From positions 8,990 through 72,989 of the forward strand of contig CAZAJO010000006.1 in NCBI GenBank assembly GCA_964485575.1: DNA of 64,000 bases, in the 5' to 3' direction. Source of the stretch: an uncultured Gammaproteobacteria bacterium (GTDB lineage Bacteria > Patescibacteriota > Microgenomatia > Levybacterales > GWA1-39-11). Made by a program: the position numbers and the translations under genes. Below, in pieces: positions 56,564 through 64,000 of the stretch; positions within the stretch are counted from its first letter, which is position 1; each line of letters begins with the position of its first letter. Below the pieces are notes generated by a model. The model searched no databases and was not told the origin of the DNA. It saw only the letters and a list, made by a program, of their open reading frames with translations.

Positions 56564-59047
56564 TTAAAAAAGTGAAGTGACTCTATTCAAAAGGTAATCC
56601 ACTCTTGGTAAAGTAATAAGTCTGGTCTTAGTAGTAGTTGCAACTTTTGCAGCATCAAAAAGCTGATCTGAGGAAGCATCCCAACTGAATCTTTGAGCCC
56701 ATTTGTATGCTTTCTGTGATGCTATTTTCCGATCCTTGTGATTTTTTAGATAGAAATTAAGCTCTTTAGCAAAACTCTTTGTTTCCCTAACTCTAGCAAG
56801 CCTACCTGTAACGCCGTTAACCACAGAGTCCTTCAGTCCGTTAGTGTCAGAAGCTACAACCGGTGTTTTGCAGGCATTTGCTTCAAGAACGGTAATTCCC
56901 CACCCCTCAACTGTTGATGGCTGAACAGCAACCCAACTTTGTGAAAGAAGTTTGACCTTTTCCTCTTCGCTGACTTTTCCAAAGAAAGCAATTTTTTTCT
57001 CAAGTCCTAATTTTATTGCTAAATCTTTTAGTGTTCCCATATATTCTCCGTCCCCAACAACCCAAAGTCTTAAAGCTGCTTTTCTTTTCACAAGTTGGGC
57101 AAATGCTCTGATAGCTATATCAATATTTTTGTATGCTTTAAGTCTGCCCAAGTATATGATCGTTGGGGTTTGACTCTTCGCAAATTTTCTTTCAGGGAGG
57201 TCAATTCCTGGGTTTACTATTTGAATATTCTCTTCTTTAGCAATTCCTGCTTTTATTATTTCTTTCTTTGATGATTCACTAACAGTTATTACCGTTTTAT
57301 TTTTGTAAACAAAAGGCATTACCTTTCCTTCGATATAACGGCCAATATATGAGAAAGGAAATTTCATCTGTTCAATAAAAATATCCTGATGAACATGATG
57401 AATTAAAAGTAAAACGGGTTTTGTTGAAAATAACGGTGCAAAGAAAGGTATTCCATTCTCAGAATCAATGATAACGTCGTAATTTTTTCTGAATTTTAAG
57501 ATATAGTAAATAGCTGCCCAAAGGTAAACTGTGTAAAATCCTCCACGTCTTACGATATTTACACCATCTACAGTTTCATTCCGCTTGCTAACCCCGTCAT
57601 TTCCACAAAATTGTGTCACAGTGTTTCCGCTTTTTACCCATCTTCTAGCTATTTCGTGAACGTACATCTCAGCACCACCAGCCCACATGTGTTTCGTATC
57701 TCTCCAGTTAAAAATTAAAACCCTCATGCCTTTCGCTGTGACGCGGCTTCTTTGTGGCAAAAAGGCTTCCACAAAATCCCTTATATTTTTGAAGATAATT
57801 TCAAGAGACTCTTCAAGGTAATGTAGGGATCCAACAACAATAAGACTCAAAAAACCCATACAGACCATAACGAGACTTATCTGTCCTATGGAAGCATGAA
57901 ACAGATTTATGGCCAATATCTGAGTAAGTGAAATGAGGAATGTAAATACAGATAAAAGGTGTTTGTCTTTGAGTTGATGAAAAGAGGCTATATTTGACGC
58001 AACTGTAAATGCAACCATTGAGAGCGAATACATAAATAAGTATGGTGTTATTGTCAGTGCTTTTGAGCCAAAAATTAATGGCATTGTAAAACTTCCTAAA
58101 GCTCCGATGACAACGAATGCTGCCATGCTAGATAAGAATGAAGCAGTTAACAATTTATAAAATGTAGAGTTTGAATTTATCCCTGTTCCTTCTTTATGAC
58201 TTAAAACCGGCAAAATAAACTGGGAGAATAGAGATCCAGCAAAATAGACCATTTTTCCAGCTAATGATAGTAGGGCATATTCGCCAGCCTGAACAGGTGG
58301 TAGGAAGTGTTTTGCCAAAATTACATCCATAGACAGATACACGATTATTGAAATTTTGGATATAGCACTTGAAAAGTAAAACTTTGCCGGAAACTTAGTA
58401 CTTTCTGTAACTTTTGTCTTAACACCTTTATTAAGGTGTTTTGCAGCAATAATAAATAAGAATGAAGAAACAAGCAAAGAAATAAGTATAGAAACATAGG
58501 AATACTGACCTAACCCAACCAGCGAAAATCCAATTGCAAGACTGAGCTTTAAAACAGATTCAACAGCAACAATTGAGGCAACTAACCCCCACTTCATATT
58601 CCCACCCAAGTAACCACCGTCAACTGAGGCAACGATCATGAGAAGAAGAACCGGAGTAAAACTAAGAACCGGTAGGAGATTTTCCAATCTAAAGAAGTGT
58701 GCTGTGAATGGGGAAATGATAACCCACAAAACGCTTACAAGGATTGACAAGATAAGAGCCTTTTTCCTAACTGTTTGCCAAAATTTCTTTGCTGGTTTAT
58801 TATGCTTCCCGAAGTAGAACGCGCTTCTATGGGTTACTGTCCTTCCCAGAGCTCCAATTGGGATATCAACAAGACTTAGGATACTTCCAATCAGAGAAAC
58901 GAGTGCAAAATCTTCTAAAGAGATATTTCTTCCAAGAAATGCATTGAATGCGAGATTAAAGAAGTTTGAAAATACAGTAGCTAAAATAAGCATTGCTCCT
59001 CTTTTCTTCAAACTGTCTTTCCAGAAGTTATTTAGTAAAATTTTCAT
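56564..59047 (-). CDS. fusion: polysaccharide-flippase-like (Wzx/MOP-type) multi-TM domain + C-terminal GT4 glycosyltransferase
   Basis: N-terminal about 400 aa with about 12 TM resembling oligosaccharide flippases. C-terminal ..VQPSTVEGWGITVLEANACKTPVVASD (GT4 EX7E). Confidence 0.55.
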   Translation of the reverse strand: MKILLNNFWKDSLKKRGAMLILATVFSNFFNLAFNAFLGRNISLEDFALVSLIGSILSLVDIPIGALGRTVTHRSAFYFGKHNKPAKKFWQTVRKKALILSILVSVLWVIISPFTAHFFRLENLLPVLSFTPVLLLMIVASVDGGYLGGNMKWGLVASIVAVESVLKLSLAIGFSLVGLGQYSYVSILISLLVSSFLFIIAAKHLNKGVKTKVTESTKFPAKFYFSSAISKISIIVYLSMDVILAKHFLPPVQAGEYALLSLAGKMVYFAGSLFSQFILPVLSHKEGTGINSNSTFYKLLTASFLSSMAAFVVIGALGSFTMPLIFGSKALTITPYLFMYSLSMVAFTVASNIASFHQLKDKHLLSVFTFLISLTQILAINLFHASIGQISLVMVCMGFLSLIVVGSLHYLEESLEIIFKNIRDFVEAFLPQRSRVTAKGMRVLIFNWRDTKHMWAGGAEMYVHEIARRWVKSGNTVTQFCGNDGVSKRNETVDGVNIVRRGGFYTVYLWAAIYYILKFRKNYDVIIDSENGIPFFAPLFSTKPVLLLIHHVHQDIFIEQMKFPFSYIGRYIEGKVMPFVYKNKTVITVSESSKKEIIKAGIAKEENIQIVNPGIDLPERKFAKSQTPTIIYLGRLKAYKNIDIAIRAFAQLVKRKAALRLWVVGDGEYMGTLKDLAIKLGLEKKIAFFGKVSEEEKVKLLSQSWVAVQPSTVEGWGITVLEANACKTPVVASDTNGLKDSVVNGVTGRLARVRETKSFAKELNFYLKNHKDRKIASQKAYKWAQRFSWDASSDQLFDAAKVATTTKTRLITLPRVDYLLNRVTSLF

Positions 59048-59049
59048 AG

Positions 59050-61413
59050 TTAGATAAATAAAGACATGGCAAACTTTAATGGGGCCAAAACTGTTCTCTT
59101 GACTGCTCCCACTGCATTCACGACAATTTTTCTTTCAATGTTTCCGACAAATACAAATGGCATAGCAATAGCTCCAATAGCTCCTGCCCATCCAAATGCA
59201 GGTTTTTCTACAACCCTTTTTTGCTTTTGAGGCTTTGCTATTGCAGTCTTAGGTTTTAAAAGATGAAGACCATGAACTGTCTTTTCCCAGTAGAAAGGCT
59301 TGAAGAAAAGTTGATAAAGAGCCATACCCCCGGCAACTGAAATCATCAACCAATAGAAAGGAATGAGAAAAACGTATTTCATAAGTGCTAGATCCTCTCT
59401 TTTTGCAAGTGCCACGAGGTAGTAGTAAAAGAAAAGGAAGTTACCAAAAGTAAGGGATATCATCGCTATATATAAGACGTAGGATGGATAAAGGTATTCA
59501 ATCGTTGGCCCAACATAGGCATACAACGTGAAATACGCGATAGTTGCTAGCCATAAGAAGGGATTTATTAGAATGAATGCAATTTTTCCTCCAACAATGA
59601 GGTGAAACAGTGGAAAGTGAACTTTGCTTTTCTTCGCAAATTCAAATGATCTTCTAGTATGCACTAGATACGTCTGCATATATCCCTTGATCCAACGTGA
59701 ACGTTGTCTTACCCAGTTGCCCCATTTACTATTAGCTTCTTCAAGAGTTGTCGAGTCTATAATGGCTGTCTTGTACCCCGCTTTAAATAGCCTCATCCCA
59801 AGATCTGCGTCCTCTGTAACATTGAATGGATCCCATCCGTGAAGGGACACTATGTCCTTTGTTCTGAAGTGATTTGAAGTACCACCAAGAGGTATGCTTG
59901 TGTTGATAGACTGGAATCCGGTAAGCGTTATACCAAACCACAACGAGTATTCAGCTGTAAAGAAGCGCGTAAGCAAATTCTGTGTTGGGTTGTAGTAATT
60001 GAGCTTTGCTTGATAACAAACAGTCCTTCTATCACCTTTTTTAAAGGCAAGATAGGCCTTTTTTAGCTGAAGTGTGTCTGGCTTGTCCTCAGCATCATAA
60101 ATTACGAGATACTCACCTTTTGCAAATGAAAGGCCATAATTACAAGCTTTTGGCTTTGTTTTTGGCTGGGAATTTGGAACAACAACTATCCTCACATATG
60201 AAGGCAGGTTCAATTTTCTGGCTTTTAGGATAGAGTCCTTGTCATCCTCCTCAAGCAGCAACATGACGTCAAGTTTTTCTTTTGGCCAAGAAAGAGCAGA
60301 GATATTTTTTACGAATTGAGGAATTATATGAGCCTCTTTATATAGTGGACACAATATTGTGTAGATAGGAAGCTTACCTTCCTCAATACCTGAAAGTGCT
60401 TTACCCGTAATATGAACTTCGTTTGAATGTCTAAGACTTTTAGTAACGATATAGAGATTGAAAAGCGTATCTGCAAAGTAAATAAGACTCAAAATACATA
60501 CAAGAAAGCTTAAAGTACCCAGTGTATTAACAAATAAGCCTAGGAACACTGAAAGAACAATTACGGTAATAAGAGTCTTTTGAAGAGCTGTAAAAGTCAT
60601 CAGTGCCGAATCATTGTATGGAAGGGTTGTGTGAGTTACATATTTTTTGCCATTGTGGCGTGTGCCTGCCCCTTTCATAGAACCTTCTTTTAGAGATGGG
60701 ATCGCAAAGGGATTCACTTTTTTGCCCTTCAAAAGAACAGCTTTTGATCCGATTTCAATACTTGTTTTCAGAAGGCCAATTTTTGATACTCCCTCTTTCC
60801 TTTTTGAAAACACGATATTGTGATCTTCAATCAAAAATCCTGCCTTTGATGCACGGTGTAAGAATTCGAGGTCAAAAGTCCATGCAGAGGCAGGTGTGAA
60901 CTTAACTGTATTAATTACCTCTTTTTTAAATACTTTAAGCCCTGATTGAATGTCGTGGGGCAACTTAAAAAGTGTTCTGCCAAAGGCGATTTTGAATACT
61001 TTGCTTGAAACTTTCCTTACAAAATTGTCTTGATATGACTTGCGATTGGCTACAACCACGTCGGCATTTCTTAACTTAAGAGCCATTTTTACTATCTCTT
61101 CAGGTGGATATTGAAGATCTGCGTCGATAAAGGCCAAATTCTGAAAAGAAGCCTTCTCAAATCCTTCAAATAACGAGTATGCCTTCCCTTTTTTTCCTAC
61201 TTTTGTATAGAAAGAAACAGGATATGTTAGTGAAAGTCTTTTCACTATTTCCTCTGTTCCATCACTAGAGCCATCATCTATAACAAGGATTTCATAGTAA
61301 AACCCATTTAAAACAAGTGAGTTACTAATCCGCTCTATTAGTTCACGAATATTTTTCTTCTCGTTGAAAGTTGGAACAACAACAGATAATTGCCTTGAAA
61401 ATGTGTATTTCAT
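59050..61413 (-). CDS. fusion of two GT2 domains: Dpm1/GtrB-like N-terminal plus processive (QxxRW) C-terminal with TM segments
   Basis: N-terminal LSVVVPTFNEKKNI..VIDDGSSDGT..IDADLQ. Central TM. Second domain PIYTILCPLYKE..YDAEDKP..EDADLGMR..QRSRWIKG, then C-terminal TM helices. Confidence 0.7.
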   Translation of the reverse strand: MKYTFSRQLSVVVPTFNEKKNIRELIERISNSLVLNGFYYEILVIDDGSSDGTEEIVKRLSLTYPVSFYTKVGKKGKAYSLFEGFEKASFQNLAFIDADLQYPPEEIVKMALKLRNADVVVANRKSYQDNFVRKVSSKVFKIAFGRTLFKLPHDIQSGLKVFKKEVINTVKFTPASAWTFDLEFLHRASKAGFLIEDHNIVFSKRKEGVSKIGLLKTSIEIGSKAVLLKGKKVNPFAIPSLKEGSMKGAGTRHNGKKYVTHTTLPYNDSALMTFTALQKTLITVIVLSVFLGLFVNTLGTLSFLVCILSLIYFADTLFNLYIVTKSLRHSNEVHITGKALSGIEEGKLPIYTILCPLYKEAHIIPQFVKNISALSWPKEKLDVMLLLEEDDKDSILKARKLNLPSYVRIVVVPNSQPKTKPKACNYGLSFAKGEYLVIYDAEDKPDTLQLKKAYLAFKKGDRRTVCYQAKLNYYNPTQNLLTRFFTAEYSLWFGITLTGFQSINTSIPLGGTSNHFRTKDIVSLHGWDPFNVTEDADLGMRLFKAGYKTAIIDSTTLEEANSKWGNWVRQRSRWIKGYMQTYLVHTRRSFEFAKKSKVHFPLFHLIVGGKIAFILINPFLWLATIAYFTLYAYVGPTIEYLYPSYVLYIAMISLTFGNFLFFYYYLVALAKREDLALMKYVFLIPFYWLMISVAGGMALYQLFFKPFYWEKTVHGLHLLKPKTAIAKPQKQKRVVEKPAFGWAGAIGAIAMPFVFVGNIERKIVVNAVGAVKRTVLAPLKFAMSLFI

Positions 61414-61439
61414 ACTAAAACTTAAGTTTCAAGCTTTGC

Positions 61440-61667
61440 TTACCTACTCCCTCCCACTTTGTGTATGTCTATAAATTTTTCTAGAGAATCACTTGAAACC
61501 CTATAATGCCCACCAAATTCTACAGCCTCAAGTTGACCCTCCTTGATGTACTTGTAAATAGTGAGAACCGACAAGCGAAGTAATTCCGCCACTTCATGGA
61601 CGGTTAGAAACTCATTTTTTATGGCAAAATCTGACGTATTTATGCTCAAAATAAAACAATAGCCCAT
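61440..61667 (-). CDS. excisionase-family/MerR-like HTH DNA-binding protein
   Basis: LTVHEVAELLRLSVLTIYKYIKEGQLEAVEFGGHYRV is an HTH_17-type motif. Confidence 0.55.
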   Translation of the reverse strand: MGYCFILSINTSDFAIKNEFLTVHEVAELLRLSVLTIYKYIKEGQLEAVEFGGHYRVSSDSLEKFIDIHKVGGSR

Positions 61668-61761
61668 AACATATTGCTATGAGCTGTATTGAGTGATAGG
61701 TTATACCATAGTTTGATATAGATGTCAACTATAGGATGAGGTTGTGCGATACTGACTATTC

Positions 61762-61775
61762 TTAACAATTGTTAA
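61762..61775. promoter_or_regulatory. perfect 14-bp palindrome TTAACAATTGTTAA
   Basis: Lies in the divergent intergenic region about 90 nt upstream of the XRE regulator. A second palindrome CGTCAAAATGACG sits at 61818-61830 and a TATAAT at about 61852. Confidence 0.4.
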
Positions 61776-61865
61776 GTATAGTCTTCTATGGTGTGCCTGC
61801 CATATATTTAGTTGAGTCGTCAAAATGACGGTTTTGTTAGAAAATTCCTGTATAATACTTTTCAA

Positions 61866-62069
61866 ATGCTTGAGAACAATCTATTATTAATAAGAACTGG
61901 GAGAAACTTGACCCAAGAAGAGCTAGCTAAAGGAGTTGAGGTTACAAGACAAACCATTATTTCTATAGAGAAAGGTAACTATACCCCGTCTGTGCTTCTT
62001 GCATTACGTATTGCAAAATTCTTTAATGTAAAGGTTGAGGATATATTTCAGATTAATCATGAACAATAA
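61866..62069 (+). CDS. XRE family HTH transcriptional regulator
   Basis: LIRTGRNLTQEELAKGVEVTRQTIISIEKGNYTPSVLLALRIAKFFNVKVEDIF. Start taken at the internal ATG (68 aa). Confidence 0.8.
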   Translation: MLENNLLLIRTGRNLTQEELAKGVEVTRQTIISIEKGNYTPSVLLALRIAKFFNVKVEDIFQINHEQ

Positions 62070-62427
62070 AACAACTATCATAGAGGTGATTGTCGCTTTT
62101 CTTCTAATTGCACTTTTAATTTTATTTTTATCGCCCGTTGATCTTCTCATGCCGATGACAACAGGCTCGATGTCAATACTGCTAATCGCAGTTCTATTCT
62201 TAATATTTTCAGCGCTTGTCTTTCGGGAAAAATCACGGGATGAGCGGGAAAACATACTTAGGATGAACGCGGGAAGAATTTCCTTTTTGACAGGAAGCGT
62301 TATTGCAATTATTGGTATATTATTTCAAAGCGTTTCCCACAATATTGATCCATGGCTCGTATATACAGTTATAGGCATGATATTGGCAAAAACCGCTGCG
62401 AGACTCTACTCTGCACTGCGCAGTTAG
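62059..62427 (+). CDS. small membrane protein co-transcribed with the XRE regulator
   Basis: 4 TM. ATG overlaps the XRE stop. Confidence 0.5.
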   Translation: MNNKTTIIEVIVAFLLIALLILFLSPVDLLMPMTTGSMSILLIAVLFLIFSALVFREKSRDERENILRMNAGRISFLTGSVIAIIGILFQSVSHNIDPWLVYTVIGMILAKTAARLYSALRS

Positions 62428-62484
62428 GCTTCAATGTAAAGTCGACTTGACATTATTCTACTGACTGTTTATTATTAATTCAGA

Positions 62485-62994
62485 ATGAATAAAACTCTTA
62501 TTGTAGTTCTACTCGCGGTCATAGTTCTGGTGGCTATAGGAGCATTTGCTTACTCTCAAAGTTCATCAGACACTGGCTCTGCTATGATGTCTAAAGAGCT
62601 TGATGGGGAAGAAGAAATGGCTGTGAAAAGTGAAAAAATGGATAAAACGGATATTGAAAATGTAGAAAGTTCACGATACACCGTTTATACAAACGCAACT
62701 GATTTGGAGCATCTAGAGTCAAAAAGAGTGCTGTTCTTTTATGCTTCATGGTGTCCCACGTGTAGGCCAGCGGATGCCGATTTTAAGGCAAATTTAGACA
62801 AAATACCTTCAGATTTCACTGTAGTAAGAGTCAACTACAATGATCCTGAAACTGACCAGTCTGAAAGGGATCTTGCCAAAAAATATGCGGTTACCTACCA
62901 ACATACTTATGTTCAAATTGACTCAAATGGGAAAGAAATCCGAAAATGGAATGGAGGAGGTTTAACCGAACTTCTAGGGAATATCGTGCAGTAA
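62485..62994 (+). CDS. membrane-anchored thioredoxin-like protein (WCxxC)
   Basis: Signal-anchor, then LFFYASWCPTCRPAD. Confidence 0.7.
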   Translation: MNKTLIVVLLAVIVLVAIGAFAYSQSSSDTGSAMMSKELDGEEEMAVKSEKMDKTDIENVESSRYTVYTNATDLEHLESKRVLFFYASWCPTCRPADADFKANLDKIPSDFTVVRVNYNDPETDQSERDLAKKYAVTYQHTYVQIDSNGKEIRKWNGGGLTELLGNIVQ

Positions 62995-62996
62995 AT

Positions 62997-64000
62997 ATGA
63001 TTCTACTCGTTGCTTTTGCCTTTCTAGCCGGTTTTATAACCATTCTATCTCCTTGTATCCTTCCAATACTACCCATTGTACTCTCTGGATCCCTAACAGG
63101 GGGTCATCGAAGGCCTCTTGGAATTGTAGTTGGATTTATATTAAGCTTTTCCCTCTTTACACTATTCCTCGCAACGATCGTGAAGACTACTGGAATATCT
63201 GCGGATGTTTTGCGAGCTTTTTCAGTAGTTATTATTCTTCTTTTCGGAGCAAGTTTGCTTTTGCCGAATTTTCAACTAACTATGGAAAAGCTTTTTACAA
63301 AGCTCTCATCTATTGTGAGTAGGAATTCGACACAAGCATCCGGCTTTTGGAGTGGTCTTGTCCTTGGAATGAGTCTTGGACTTGTCTGGACGCCGTGTGT
63401 TGGACCTATCATTGCATCTGTTATCACGCTTGCTGCTACAAGCTCAGTTAACGGAAGCGCAATCCTAATAACCTTTGCCTACTCTTTAGGTACCGCCATC
63501 CCTATGTTTGCTATCACGTATGGTGGGCGTTCATTACTCAATAAAGTCCCCTGGTTACTTCGCAACACAGCGCGTATACAAAAAGGTTTTGGAGTTCTGA
63601 TGATTATTGTTGCAATAAGCATCTTCTTCAATCTTGATAGGCAATTTCAGGTGCTAGTCTTAGATAAATTCCCTTCGTATGGTGTTGGTTTGACCAAGCT
63701 TGAAGACAATGATTTAGTCAAAAACTTATTAAAAAAGAACAACTCACTACTGGACAAGAATTTGGTTGGAAAGCCGATGCCAAACGAAGGATCTTTCCCC
63801 CAAGCACCTGAACTCATAGCGGGTGGGGAATGGCTCAATAGCACACCACTTACTTTGTCTTCCCTGAGAGGAAAGGTCGTTCTCATTGATTTTTGGACAT
63901 ACACTTGCATCAACTGCATTAGAACACTACCTTACTTAAAGTCATGGAATGAAAAATATAAGGACAAAGGACTTGTTATTATTGGCGTTCACACACCCGA
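62997..64000 (+). CDS. fusion: CcdA/DsbD-beta cytochrome c biogenesis-type thiol-disulfide transporter + C-terminal TlpA/ResA-like thioredoxin domain (runs off window)
   Basis: ILSPCILPILP and WTPCVGPI (the two conserved Cys of the CcdA TM core). Later VVLIDFWTYTCINCIRTLPYL (CxxC thioredoxin fold). No stop before 64000. Confidence 0.7.
   Translation, partial: MILLVAFAFLAGFITILSPCILPILPIVLSGSLTGGHRRPLGIVVGFILSFSLFTLFLATIVKTTGISADVLRAFSVVIILLFGASLLLPNFQLTMEKLFTKLSSIVSRNSTQASGFWSGLVLGMSLGLVWTPCVGPIIASVITLAATSSVNGSAILITFAYSLGTAIPMFAITYGGRSLLNKVPWLLRNTARIQKGFGVLMIIVAISIFFNLDRQFQVLVLDKFPSYGVGLTKLEDNDLVKNLLKKNNSLLDKNLVGKPMPNEGSFPQAPELIAGGEWLNSTPLTLSSLRGKVVLIDFWTYTCINCIRTLPYLKSWNEKYKDKGLVIIGVHTP

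Noticed and set aside
1-64000. Searched by eye for CRISPR arrays, rRNA genes, integrase/transposase/recombinase genes and additional tRNAs (GTTCGAATC/GTTCAAATC-type T loops)
   Set aside because: No regularly spaced direct repeats, no rRNA-like conserved blocks, no ORF with integrase or transposase motifs. Only one complete tRNA was found, plus fragments.

Overview
This is a gene-dense, low-GC (about 35-38% by eye) bacterial chromosomal segment. I found no rRNA, CRISPR array, integrase or transposase. Gene content points to a reduced-genome lineage with a Gram-positive-like or Patescibacteria-like envelope: many GT-C and GT2/GT4 glycosyltransferases, sortase, SipW, a short Obg and a short CysS. 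I did not determine the taxon.

Housekeeping genes are ppsA, obg, cysS, a DEAD-box helicase, msrB and tRNA-Gln(UUG). There are two OmpR-type two-component systems; the second histidine kinase is frameshifted in an A7 run. Four accessory blocks stand out:
- 21.7-24.6 kb: a compact flavinylation-linked electron-transfer module. It comprises an NqrC/RnfG-like FMN_bind protein with a DxxTGAS motif, an ApbE flavin transferase, and a single polypeptide fusing an RnfD/NqrB-like membrane domain to an FNR-like NAD(P)H-FAD domain.
- 40.9-44.3 kb: a translationally coupled trio of an HTH-STAND(NB-ARC)-TPR NTPase, a CYTH domain protein and a guanylate-kinase-like P-loop kinase.
- 44.4-47.4 kb: a surface-protein cluster. 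It holds a TasA-like protein, SipW and a second SipW-type substrate. Alongside sit a sortase and an LAXTG-type substrate carrying DGRT tandem repeats, under a perfect consensus sigma70 promoter.
- 47.4-61.4 kb: a 14-kb minus-strand envelope glycan operon with three unusual fusions (GT-C::GH5, Wzx-like::GT4, GT2::GT2).

Smaller items: tRNA-Gln is flanked by partial tRNA copies that delimit a 1.2-kb remnant islet carrying a DHFR-family gene. A roughly 700-bp GC-rich islet at 29.7-30.4 kb contains a perfect SalI-HindIII-SalI palindrome. A thioredoxin plus a CcdA::TlpA fusion sits at the right edge. Several operator-like palindromes and one candidate sRNA locus are noted. All functional calls come from reading the translated ORFs and motif recall; no database search was run.
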